Below are positions 28,703-37,959 of a stretch of 64,000 nt of DNA, piece by piece; the first letter of the stretch is position 1, and each line of letters begins with the position of its first letter. A program made the translations under genes and the position numbers. This DNA comes from an uncultured Rhizobiaceae bacterium (GTDB lineage: Bacteria; Pseudomonadota; Alphaproteobacteria; UBA828): the NCBI GenBank assembly GCA_964429775.1, contig CAYSDJ010000001.1, forward strand, positions 157,615-221,614, given 5' to 3'. A model generated the notes under the pieces. The model was not told the DNA's origin, did no database searches, and worked only from the letters and a program-made list of their open reading frames with translations.

Positions 28703-28864
28703 TCATCGACTCAGCTCGAGTAACTTAAAGGGCCTATCTTTTTGCAGCACACAATTGTCGCACAGCGTGTTCTCGATACGTCGCTCTATGTGGCGCTGGC
28801 GAAATTCCTGAAAATCAACCGAATGCCACGCAGGCGGCAAGCAAAAAGATCGTTGAATACTCAT
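28703..28864 (-). pseudogene. Remnant of a radical SAM/SPASM gene (C-terminal end only)
   Basis: Hand translation: MSIQRSFCLPPAWHSVDFQEFRQRHIERRIENTLCDNCVLQKDRPFKLLELSR*. The AWHSxxFxxxRxxH...CxxC pattern matches SPASM/twitch termini. Confidence 0.6.
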
Positions 28865-28902
28865 ATGGCGAGAAGCGGTTTGTATGCGCCGCGTGTAATG
28901 GC

Positions 28903-30396
28903 TTAAGCCTGCTTTTTTTGTTGTTCGATCATGTCTGGGTCGAGACTGTTTATCAGCGCCGTGGTCGCATTATCTACCACTCTGTCATCATATTTCTTAA
29001 GATCGATATAGTCATAGTCCCCGAGGTTGAAAGAAGTTTTGACGATCGCATCGAGAAATCTTCTTCCGTTAACCTGAGCGGACTGCCGGTCAAAATCAGC
29101 ACTGAGCAGCGGCTCAAGATGTTCACGGAGTCGCGACAAGTCAGGAACGTATGCGACATGAGGCAAGAAATTATAGTGGTTGTGTGCGCCAAAGGTGATT
29201 ACAGGCGTGCCATGAGCAGCCGCTTCAAATCCGCTTGTTCCCGTAATCGTCGCCACCATCGTCGCCTGCTGGGCAATATGGATACCCTGCTCAGCCATAT
29301 TGAGCCAAACGACATTCTTTAGTTCGGCAACCTGTTTGTAAAAATCGGCCGGGCGCCGCCCAACGGCCCACACCGCCTCTTTCACGGCCAATTTCATACC
29401 GGCCGGTAAGTCGCGCGATAGAGCCGCGATTGCGGCGTGCTGAAAGAAAAATTCCGGTGAATACTGACCAATGGAACTTTCGGGCTCGGTCGCAAGCGGG
29501 AAAAAAACAAACGGCGTATCCGCCAGATCAGATAGTTTCGCCATGTTCGGCCGCGTCATACGCCGCGCGTCGCGCCACTGGCGAATAAACAACAAGAGTT
29601 CGTCCCGGGCATAATAATTCTTAGCCTTTTCATAACCGCGAAGACGCCAATATGCGCGCCTTGCCGCGTGCACGCCGGTACGCCACGCGGTTCTCGAAAA
29701 CGATAAATCGCGCAGAAATTTTGGCGTGTGAATTTCAGCCAGTTTGTAGGCCTCGTCTTGTCCGTGCTGTTGCGGACGATCGTCTTTTAGCGTGTGGTAG
29801 ACGGCTTCAATATTTGGATTGCTAATGTATTCGTCGTGTGCCCAGTAATGAAAATTCTTATGGCGCGATCCGACCAGCATACGGAACGGCACGCTATTGG
29901 CTCTCGCGATACACGGGGTTTCGCCCGGCCCTCCCAGAATTAGGGTCAAACGTTTATCATCGATTTCCCGTTGCCAGCGATCGAAATGCTCATTGTAACT
30001 ATGAACCAGCGCTGGATAATCAGACTCCGTTGCCATACGCGAACGTGGGTGTCCACTGCCGGCAAGGGCATAGCCGCGGCCGAGATGCCGGTTTCCGACG
30101 GCGAGCGAGTTGTAAGTTCGCCCGATTCGTTGTTCATACACCCGCGCCTTTGCAAACAACGCGCCAAAGTCGCCATCCGGCCCGCTGGTGAGATTGACGA
30201 GTCCCATACCACCGGTGATGCTTGTGAATACGCCATCGGTGTTCTGGGATTCATAGTGGCGTTGAATTTGTTTGTTTGTGCAGTAAAGATGAATCGTGCT
30301 GCCAAAACGTTCTTGAAGCGCCCGAGCAATATCCACCATCAAAAAACGCAATGGCGCGCTGGCGACAAGACCTATGCGTTCGGTTACAGCGCTCAC
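28903..30396 (-). CDS. Capsule_synth/KpsS-like protein (candidate ulosonic acid transferase)
   Basis: FFPLATEPES, LAVKE, TITGTSGFEAAAHGTPVITFG; GTG start overlaps the upstream stop (GTGA). Confidence 0.7.
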   Translation of the reverse strand: MSAVTERIGLVASAPLRFLMVDIARALQERFGSTIHLYCTNKQIQRHYESQNTDGVFTSITGGMGLVNLTSGPDGDFGALFAKARVYEQRIGRTYNSLAVGNRHLGRGYALAGSGHPRSRMATESDYPALVHSYNEHFDRWQREIDDKRLTLILGGPGETPCIARANSVPFRMLVGSRHKNFHYWAHDEYISNPNIEAVYHTLKDDRPQQHGQDEAYKLAEIHTPKFLRDLSFSRTAWRTGVHAARRAYWRLRGYEKAKNYYARDELLLFIRQWRDARRMTRPNMAKLSDLADTPFVFFPLATEPESSIGQYSPEFFFQHAAIAALSRDLPAGMKLAVKEAVWAVGRRPADFYKQVAELKNVVWLNMAEQGIHIAQQATMVATITGTSGFEAAAHGTPVITFGAHNHYNFLPHVAYVPDLSRLREHLEPLLSADFDRQSAQVNGRRFLDAIVKTSFNLGDYDYIDLKKYDDRVVDNATTALINSLDPDMIEQQKKQA

Positions 30397-30992
30397 GATC
30401 CGGCTTCCCGGCAAATAGGTTGATCGGCGGCCGGCGGCAGCAATTGGGCCACATGCTGGCGAAACGCATCGCGACCCTGCGCGAGACGGGTGTAATCCAT
30501 CATTTTCCCGCCAATGCGTACATGTGCCCGCGTAACATCCTCTGTCCTCCAACCTAGTTTTTCGACTGTGCGTATGAATGCCGGGTTGCATGTGCCGGCT
30601 TCTACCCTGACCAGGCCCCTCTCGCCAAACAAATACCGGCTGACCAGATATATCGCCTCGCTGCCGATACCCTGTCCCCAGCACTTCCGTTCGCCGATCA
30701 GAATACTGATGTCGGCTGATTTGTTCGCCGGGTCTATTGGGCCATACTTTATGTTGCCGACATGGCCGTGCGCTGCATGGCGAATAGCGAGCACAACCTC
30801 ATCTGGCGCCAGACCTGCCAGGTAATTCTCCGCATCCGCTCGCGAAACCGGCCCCTCGGCGGCGCGGCGTGAATAACGGTTGACCTCGGGATCGCTTAAC
30901 CAGGCCAAGTAGGCGGCACTAATATCCCGGGCGCCAAACTGCTCCAGGCGAACGGTGCGCCCAACAAGCACAGGATGCGATTGCATACTCAT
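30393..30992 (-). CDS. GNAT (RimJ/RimL-like) N-acyltransferase
   Basis: YLAWLSDPEVNRY, HVGNIK, ADISILIGERKCWGQGIG. Confidence 0.85.
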   Translation of the reverse strand: MSMQSHPVLVGRTVRLEQFGARDISAAYLAWLSDPEVNRYSRRAAEGPVSRADAENYLAGLAPDEVVLAIRHAAHGHVGNIKYGPIDPANKSADISILIGERKCWGQGIGSEAIYLVSRYLFGERGLVRVEAGTCNPAFIRTVEKLGWRTEDVTRAHVRIGGKMMDYTRLAQGRDAFRQHVAQLLPPAADQPICREAGS

Positions 30993-32383
30993 GCCGCCGC
31001 CAAACCGCTCAGAAGCTCGGCGAAGCTGAGCAATAAGAGGTCATTATAACGACGCGCCACGATCTGCACGCCGACCGGCAGGCCACTGCTTCCCGTCAAC
31101 ATCGGCAGGGACATTGTCGGCAGGCCGCACATCGTCCAAATCAGGCAATGGTCGGGCTGGTCCTGGCCCTTCAGACCGAGCGGCGCCTCATCGGCGGTTG
31201 CCAGGCCGATGAGGATGTCAAAGCGCTCGCTATCCCGCTCGATCAAGCGCGCCAGATCGCGCTGGGTAGCGATATCCCGGCGATATTGCTGCGCCGATAT
31301 GGCGTTGCCGCTTTCGATCATACGCTGCAGAACCGGGCTGAAACGGTGGCTGTCGGCCTGCCATTCGAGATTAAAATAATAGGCCAGGGCGGAACGGTAT
31401 ATGCGCTCATGCGCGTCATGCGCGGCATCAAATTCTGGCGCCAAGCTATATTCAAAGGCCTCGCAACCCGCCTGTTCCAGTTTGCCGATGAGCGCGTCGA
31501 GATCGGCGCGCGGCGCGGCCGCCTCGTCCTTTGTCTTCGGCCCACGCACCACGCCGACGCGCCATGGCCGGCCCGCTACTGTCTGGCGGTCAACGTCATC
31601 AAGCGCCGCCGCGCTAACCGGATAATTGTGCCCCTGCACACAGCATACTTCAAATATCAGGCCCAAATCCTCAACCGACCGGGCCATGAATCCCAGGCTG
31701 TCAAGCGTGTCGGTGGTCTTCAGCACGCCGGTGCGCGGCAACAGGCCAAAGGACGGCTTGAAGCCGTATACGCCGCAATAGCTGGCCGGGCGGATGGTCG
31801 ACCCACCGGTCTGGCTCGACAAAGCCAAGGGCGCCATGCGCGCCGCCACGGCCGCCGCCGAGCCGCTCGACGAGGTGCCGGGAGAGCGCTCAAGGTCATG
31901 CGGATTGCGCGTCGGCCCCGGATGATGCACGGCGAACTCCGCCGTCACCGCCTTGCCCATAATGATGCCTTGCGCCAGACGCACGTCGCTCACAAGGCGC
32001 GCGTCATTGCCCGGCGTGTAATTGTCCATGATCGGGCTGCCCATGCCGGTCGGATAATCATAGGTATTGAAGATATCCTTGACCGCGACCGGTGCACCGG
32101 CAAGTGCCCGCCTCGATGCCCCTCCGGCCAGCGCATCGTCAAGCGCGCGCGCCCGCGTGCGCACCATTTCGCCATCGAATTTGTGCCAGGCGCGCACCGA
32201 TCCATCCGACTGCTCAATGCGTTGGGCGCACGCATCGACATATTCAAACACTGAAATTTGCCCGTTTTTTTGTTGGCGCAGGAATTCACTTGCCGTCATT
32301 TCGGCCAGCGTATTGCACTCTACCAACGCACCGCCGGAGAGCGGCTGTTTTTGCCCGGACGCCTGTTGAGCTGAGCGCGTCAT
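30989..32383 (-). CDS. Amidase-signature enzyme (GatA-like)
   Basis: VAVKDIF, PGTSSSGSAAAVA, QTGGSTIRPASYCG, GLPVGVQ. Confidence 0.9.
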   Translation of the reverse strand: MTRSAQQASGQKQPLSGGALVECNTLAEMTASEFLRQQKNGQISVFEYVDACAQRIEQSDGSVRAWHKFDGEMVRTRARALDDALAGGASRRALAGAPVAVKDIFNTYDYPTGMGSPIMDNYTPGNDARLVSDVRLAQGIIMGKAVTAEFAVHHPGPTRNPHDLERSPGTSSSGSAAAVAARMAPLALSSQTGGSTIRPASYCGVYGFKPSFGLLPRTGVLKTTDTLDSLGFMARSVEDLGLIFEVCCVQGHNYPVSAAALDDVDRQTVAGRPWRVGVVRGPKTKDEAAAPRADLDALIGKLEQAGCEAFEYSLAPEFDAAHDAHERIYRSALAYYFNLEWQADSHRFSPVLQRMIESGNAISAQQYRRDIATQRDLARLIERDSERFDILIGLATADEAPLGLKGQDQPDHCLIWTMCGLPTMSLPMLTGSSGLPVGVQIVARRYNDLLLLSFAELLSGLAAA

Positions 32384-33561
32384 GGCAAACCCACAGCCTT
32401 GCCGGCTCTTTTTTCTTTGAGAATTTTATAGAACTCCTCTTCGCTATAGCCGGTTATTTTGAGGTAATAGTCGAGTGTTTCCGGCCGCTCGGCATCAACT
32501 TCAGCGGCCAGATCGAAAGCTTCCTCGCGCGTCAACAAGCCGGCGCGCACATCCTGGCTGGCAAAGTCCGTACCACGGCCGAAGCCGCGTTTGACGTATT
32601 TAGCGTAGTCGTGCACGCCGGCCATGCGGCACTCGACGCTCTTGTACCATTTGTACGATCCTTCCATTGGGGTCTCGCGCCAGTCATATTCATCAATCAG
32701 AAATTCTGTCTGGCGCTCATGATCCCAGAATATGTAATCCCCGAGAAAGGCGCCGTATACGCCGGCCGCGTCCAATTCCTCCGGCGAGGGTGGGAAGAAC
32801 AGGTTTAAATCCTTGCGTGACACATCGCCGCCGACCATCTCTTCGGCCCCCACCTTCATCGATTCCTTGAGGCCGACTTTGACGAAATCCTTTTTGTCCG
32901 GAAGCTCCTGATCCCAATAGGTGGTGCGGCCGGAAAATTCGGCTGGTGATTCGCCATATATAATGAGCGAAATGCCAAACTTTGCCGCCACATGAAATGG
33001 GTAGGACCACACCCCGGCATGACAATGCCAACAGGCATCGCCGATCATCGGCAATGATTTGCGCGCCAGCTTGTCGACCAGACCGCGCTTGGGTGTGTAC
33101 ATCATGTGATCGACATTGAGCCGCTCAAGAATATTCTCGAGATTGTAACGCCCGGCTTCGGTGAACCAATTGTGGCTGAAGGTTACGGCGAGCGGCGTCA
33201 TGCCAAATATCTTGACCAGAATATGAAGCTGAAAGGCGCTGTCCTTGCCGCCGCTGATCGGCACCACACAATCATAATTATTGCCTGATTCCGCCTTGGC
33301 TTTGTGAAGCAGCTCGGCCAGCGCCTGCTGGCGGTCGTGCCAGTTGATGCGCATTTTCTGTTCCGACGAGCGGCAAGCCATGCAAATGCCGAAATCATCG
33401 AACGCATTACCTTCATTGGTCTCGGGCATGCAGCAGCGAACACAGTAGGAAATATTTCTGAATGGCGGATCGCCTTGTGCCCGATCCTTATCGGCGGTTG
33501 GCGCTTCCGCGTGCGACGGCCGTTGGTTCCCGGTCATCCCGCCGCCCTCGTTTGTTGCCAT
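32380..33561 (-). CDS. N-acetyl sugar amidotransferase (WbuX/PseA/PtmG family; acetamidino-forming)
   Basis: CVRCCMP...CMAC, YDCVVPISGGKDS PP-loop, CWHC, HDYAKYVKRGFGR. Confidence 0.85.
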   Translation of the reverse strand: MATNEGGGMTGNQRPSHAEAPTADKDRAQGDPPFRNISYCVRCCMPETNEGNAFDDFGICMACRSSEQKMRINWHDRQQALAELLHKAKAESGNNYDCVVPISGGKDSAFQLHILVKIFGMTPLAVTFSHNWFTEAGRYNLENILERLNVDHMMYTPKRGLVDKLARKSLPMIGDACWHCHAGVWSYPFHVAAKFGISLIIYGESPAEFSGRTTYWDQELPDKKDFVKVGLKESMKVGAEEMVGGDVSRKDLNLFFPPSPEELDAAGVYGAFLGDYIFWDHERQTEFLIDEYDWRETPMEGSYKWYKSVECRMAGVHDYAKYVKRGFGRGTDFASQDVRAGLLTREEAFDLAAEVDAERPETLDYYLKITGYSEEEFYKILKEKRAGKAVGLP

Positions 33562-33574
33562 GAGCTCGATTCCT

Positions 33575-34324
33575 TCAATTTTTTCTCATTTTCCTGGGAT
33601 TAATCTCGTGCCCTTCTTGGGGCAATAATGAAAAGCCGTGCTGTGCGCCCATTGCTTCGGCGATAAGCCAATCTTCCGGCTCATCCAGATCGACCGAGCG
33701 AGCCGCATCCATGATGACCAGGCGCGCCGGATCGGAAATGATCCGGCCCTGGGCGCGGAAGGCGGAAACCCGCGTCGCATAGGCGCCACCGTTCGGCAGA
33801 TAGCAGGTGGGCAGCGATTGGAACACGCCGCGCTCGCCTTCAACCGCACCGTCCATCAAGGGCGTCGCAGCACCGCCATCGTCGAGGGTGAACATCCATT
33901 GCGGCGGCTGGCTGGCGCGCTGGGCGGTAAAACAACATGCCGCGTCGCTGGCCGCGACGCTCTCAACGCAAGCATCGATATGTTCGGGCAGGATGAACGG
34001 CGTGGTCGGCTGTAGCGTCACGACAATGTCATACGCCTGACCTTCGTCGGCCTCGGCCCAATCGAGCGCGTGGCGCGTGACATGCTCGGTCGGCACATCC
34101 TCGGCAAGTTCAGCCGGCCGTCGAAACGGCACATCGACACCATATTGCCGAGCGGCGGTGGCAATCTCATCGTCATCGGTGGAGAGAATGACGCGGCTTA
34201 ATCCGCTTGCCAGGGCGGCGCGGCCGCCATAAGCGATCAACGGGTGGCCCAATAGAGATTTCACATTCTTGCCCGGAATTCGGGTCGATCCGCCACGCGC
34301 CAGCAATATTCCAAGACTGCGCAT
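33575..34324 (-). CDS. neuA: CMP-nonulosonic acid synthetase (NeuA/LegF)
   Basis: LARGGSTRIPGKN, STDD, VPFRRP, LQPTTP, NGGAY, SVDLD. Confidence 0.9.
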   Translation of the reverse strand: MRSLGILLARGGSTRIPGKNVKSLLGHPLIAYGGRAALASGLSRVILSTDDDEIATAARQYGVDVPFRRPAELAEDVPTEHVTRHALDWAEADEGQAYDIVVTLQPTTPFILPEHIDACVESVAASDAACCFTAQRASQPPQWMFTLDDGGAATPLMDGAVEGERGVFQSLPTCYLPNGGAYATRVSAFRAQGRIISDPARLVIMDAARSVDLDEPEDWLIAEAMGAQHGFSLLPQEGHEINPRKMRKN

Positions 34325-35775
34325 TATCTGCCGCGCCCCTCGCGCGCGCTTGGTTGCGCGACGCCAACGCGGCCCTGGCTGTGGCCGGAATGTTCGTTAA
34401 AAACAGCTTCGGGCGCGGCGGCAAGCGCGTCACGGGCGGCCACCGTCTTGCGCACGGCCCGGCCGATATCGCGCATATCCTCGGCCGTCGACGCATGGGC
34501 AATATGATAAAACCAGATAAAGCGCTCATAGAGCAGCGCCTCGGCAACCGGGCACATGCCGGGCGCATAGGCCGCGCCGCCGCGATAGAAATCCGAGGTC
34601 CACGGGCAGCCTTCATCGCCATAGGCGATTTGTTTCATGAAGATCGGATTTTCATAAAGCGTGCGCGGATAGCCGGTGCCGACCGGCACGCCCTCGGCGC
34701 GCAGCGCCGCAACAAAGCGGTCGCGCGATATGCCCATGGCGGCATCATCAAACAGTGCGGCAAAGACATGCGGCACCTCGCGCGCCAGGCCGCCCTCGGC
34801 GCGCTGGCTTGGGGCAGCGGTGAGGCCGGGCAGATTGGCCAGCTCCTGGCGCAGGATATCGGCATTTTGGGTGCGCCACTCATTGACCAAATCGAGCTTG
34901 GCCAACTGCGCCCGGCCGAGCGCCGCCGAAAGCTCCGGCAGGCGCGCATTGAGGCCGATAATGTTGGCTATATCCTGCGCACTCGCCGCATCGTCAAAAG
35001 CCACCTCGCCATGATTGAGAATGAGACGTGCGCGGCGCGCGATCTCGCTGTCGTGGGTGACGATCATGCCGCCTTCGCCGGTCATGATATTCTTCGATTG
35101 CTGAAAGCTGAACACACCGGCATCACCCAGAGTGCCCGCCTTGGCATCCCGCCAGTGCGCGCCCGGTGCCTGCGCCGCATCCTCGATCACTATCAAGCCG
35201 TGCCGTTTGGCGATATCCAGAAGCGCATCCATATTGGCCACATTGCCAAGCAGGTGAACCGGAAGGATGGCTTTGGTGGCGGGCGTAATGGCTGCTTCCA
35301 CCGCCGCCGGGTCGAGACAAAAGCTCAACGGATCGACATCGGCAAATACCGGAATGGCGTTGAACAGAAGAATTGCGCTTGCTGTCGCGCTAAACGAAAT
35401 GGCGGGCAAAATCACTTCATCGCCGGGCTGAATGCCGGCGGCACCGAGAGCGACCGAAAGTCCGGTGGTGGCCGAGCTCACCGGCACAGCAAACGGGACG
35501 TCAAAATAGGCGGCAAATTCAGCCGCGAAGGTGCGCACATTGGGACCGCCAAGAAAATGCCAGTCGGCCTCGATCTCTGCCGCTTCGGCACTGGACAGGC
35601 GCAAGGCGGTTTCGAGATCGGGCGAATGGGAGCCGATGTAGCGCGAAAAATTCTTTTCGCGGATCGCCGCCAGGACAAGACGCTCCTCATTTTCATCAAT
35701 CATCGGCTCGACCACAAAGGGACGGGTGCGCTCCGGCGTACCGCCGAGAATGGCCGGCAGCGGGTTGTTGCTCAT
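34324..35775 (-). CDS. DegT/DnrJ PLP aminotransferase (additional, substrate unknown)
   Basis: IEDAAQA, FSFQQSKNIMTGEGG, NHGE. Confidence 0.85.
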   Translation of the reverse strand: MSNNPLPAILGGTPERTRPFVVEPMIDENEERLVLAAIREKNFSRYIGSHSPDLETALRLSSAEAAEIEADWHFLGGPNVRTFAAEFAAYFDVPFAVPVSSATTGLSVALGAAGIQPGDEVILPAISFSATASAILLFNAIPVFADVDPLSFCLDPAAVEAAITPATKAILPVHLLGNVANMDALLDIAKRHGLIVIEDAAQAPGAHWRDAKAGTLGDAGVFSFQQSKNIMTGEGGMIVTHDSEIARRARLILNHGEVAFDDAASAQDIANIIGLNARLPELSAALGRAQLAKLDLVNEWRTQNADILRQELANLPGLTAAPSQRAEGGLAREVPHVFAALFDDAAMGISRDRFVAALRAEGVPVGTGYPRTLYENPIFMKQIAYGDEGCPWTSDFYRGGAAYAPGMCPVAEALLYERFIWFYHIAHASTAEDMRDIGRAVRKTVAARDALAAAPEAVFNEHSGHSQGRVGVAQPSAREGRGR

Positions 35776-36794
35776 GCCGATTGCCTTGCGCCGGCGGCCG
35801 CTATCCCGCCCTGCGCCATCTCTTCGAGCACGCGCTGGGTGGCGAGCGCATCGACGCCGCTACAGGTTATTTTTGTATCCGCCTGGCGCGGCAGCGCAGC
35901 GATCTCATCGCAAATTGCGGCGAAATGGGAGCTGTCGGAAAGCGCGCCATGATGCGTCACGCCTTCAAGCGCAAGCTCCTGATAGCCGGCAAAATTTTCG
36001 CTCTCCACAAAGCGCTCGTGGCGGATTGTGCCGGCGGATTCATTCGCCACCAAGCGCCCCGCCGCACCGATCGCCTCGGCCTCGACGAGCAACGCATTTT
36101 TCATTCCGGTAATTTGTATGATTCCGTAGGCGCCGTTCCGGAAGCGCAGGAAAGCCGCCTTGGCCGGCTCGTCATCCTGCTCAAGTCCGGGCAGGTCGAA
36201 GCTTTGCACATTGCTCACGGGCCCGGCGAGCATAAGCGCCAAATCGACGGCGTGGCTGGTGACGGACCACAGACGGTTGGGCATGGCGATGCGCAGGCTG
36301 ACCAGCTCACCCACGGCACCTTCAGCAAGCATTTGCGAAAAATGCTGCCACAGCGGAAGCCAGCGGCGTCCGTGCGAGACCACCAGGCGAACATCCCGCG
36401 CCACGCAGGCATCAACCATGCCTTGCCCCTCGGCCAACGAGGCCGCCATCGGCTTTTCGCACCATATGGTTTGCAATGTGGGCATACTTAAAATGCGCTG
36501 CAGAACCGTGGCGTGTGACTCCGCCGGCGTACAAATGCTGGCAATGTCAGGATGCGTGTTTTGAATGAGGTCATCCAGGGTTTCAAACAGCGGGACGGAC
36601 GGGCATCGCTGGGCAAAGGCGGCGCGGGCATCGCTTTCCGGATCACACGCACCGACAATTTCAAACACATCTTCGCGTCCGAGATAAGCTCCGGCGTGGG
36701 ACCAAACGACGCCACGCCCCGGTTCTTCATCAAAGCGTGAGCCGGCACGGCCCAACCCGACGATGATGGTTTTCAAGTGCTCAGGCTGCTGCAT
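35772..36794 (-). CDS. Gfo/Idh/MocA oxidoreductase
   Basis: IVGLGRAG, ICTP, IWCEKP, SHAVD. Confidence 0.8.
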   Translation of the reverse strand: MQQPEHLKTIIVGLGRAGSRFDEEPGRGVVWSHAGAYLGREDVFEIVGACDPESDARAAFAQRCPSVPLFETLDDLIQNTHPDIASICTPAESHATVLQRILSMPTLQTIWCEKPMAASLAEGQGMVDACVARDVRLVVSHGRRWLPLWQHFSQMLAEGAVGELVSLRIAMPNRLWSVTSHAVDLALMLAGPVSNVQSFDLPGLEQDDEPAKAAFLRFRNGAYGIIQITGMKNALLVEAEAIGAAGRLVANESAGTIRHERFVESENFAGYQELALEGVTHHGALSDSSHFAAICDEIAALPRQADTKITCSGVDALATQRVLEEMAQGGIAAAGARQSA

Positions 36795-37959
36795 GTTTCG
36801 CCCAGGGAGCTGTAAACTCTGCGCCCTCATCGGAATATCTTTTGATCAGAAGTTTATCGCGCGCCGGCATATTTTGAATCACTCTTGCAATACGGGGCGC
36901 AGCGCAACCGTCACCATAGTGGGAGACCTTGGCCGAGCGCGGCCCCGATGGCGCTTCATCGAGTTGCGCCAGCAGGCCCCGTACCGCATCCGCATCGGCG
37001 GCACAGTGGCGCACATTATCGCCGCAAGCGCGCCCCCGCTGACGGCCACCGACATCTATTACCGGCAGGTCAAACAACCCCGCCTCAACAATGCCGCTCG
37101 AGGAATTGCCGAGCATGACGGCGGCATGGCGCATGGCGTTGGCATAAAGGCGAGCGCCAAGGGTATCGCGGAACAGCACCCACGGGCGCGCCGCGGCAAA
37201 TTCTTCTATTCGGGCGCGCATCTCAGCGCCGCCCGGATCGGCGTTCGGCGCGGTGATCACGGTAGCACGCGGTGCACCGTCAAGCGCGGCGAGAACCGCA
37301 TCGAGCGGGCCGAAAGGATGGCTCGCATTGGTCTCGGGATGAACCGTCGCCAGAATGAATTTACTGGCGGCAGTCAGGCCAAGCTCGGCGGCCATTTCGT
37401 CAGCGCTCAATTGCGGCGCCGCCCGCAGGCTATCCAGCCCCGGCGCGCCGGTGACATGTATACGCCATGGTTCCTCGCCCATCCGGTTGAGGCGCATGGC
37501 GGCGTCGACGCTGGCGGCGCAGTGGAGATGGGCGAGCTTGCTGATGGCATGGCGGATGCGTTCATCGACCGCGCCCTCCGAGCTTTCGCCGCCATGCAGA
37601 TGAATGAGCGGAAGATTGTAGGTCAGCGTGGCCATTGCGGCGGGCAGCATGTCGAGCCGGTCACCGATCACCAACACAGTATCCGGGGCGATCCGGTCGA
37701 TCAGCCGTACCATCGCCGCGGCGATCTCCGGCACCGCCGCCGCCGCCTCGGGCGCCGCCTGTCCGGCAAGATCGGCGCCGCCACGATGCACCTCGACCCC
37801 CTCCGGTACGGCACCCGCAGCAGACGCCGCGTCGCTCACATGTGCGCCGGTTAAGAATATGTGCAGTTCCACACCCGGTTCGGCGGCGAGCTCATGCCAC
37901 ACCGGCGCCAGGATGCCAACATCGGCGCGGCTGCTGGAAACGGAGAGAACAATATTCAC
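36781..37959 (-). CDS. neuC: Hydrolysing NDP-sugar 2-epimerase (NeuC/LegG)
   Basis: SSRADVG, GDRLD, HLHGGE, RHAISKLAH, HPET, GNSSSGIVEA, RQRGR. Confidence 0.9.
   Translation of the reverse strand: MNIVLSVSSSRADVGILAPVWHELAAEPGVELHIFLTGAHVSDAASAAGAVPEGVEVHRGGADLAGQAAPEAAAAVPEIAAAMVRLIDRIAPDTVLVIGDRLDMLPAAMATLTYNLPLIHLHGGESSEGAVDERIRHAISKLAHLHCAASVDAAMRLNRMGEEPWRIHVTGAPGLDSLRAAPQLSADEMAAELGLTAASKFILATVHPETNASHPFGPLDAVLAALDGAPRATVITAPNADPGGAEMRARIEEFAAARPWVLFRDTLGARLYANAMRHAAVMLGNSSSGIVEAGLFDLPVIDVGGRQRGRACGDNVRHCAADADAVRGLLAQLDEAPSGPRSAKVSHYGDGCAAPRIARVIQNMPARDKLLIKRYSDEGAEFTAPWAKHAAA

Noticed and set aside
34207-37854. 581-aa and 363-aa plus-strand ORFs opposite the DegT and neuC genes
   Set aside because: Shadow frames. 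They show that open antisense frames are common here, so openness alone was not counted as evidence.
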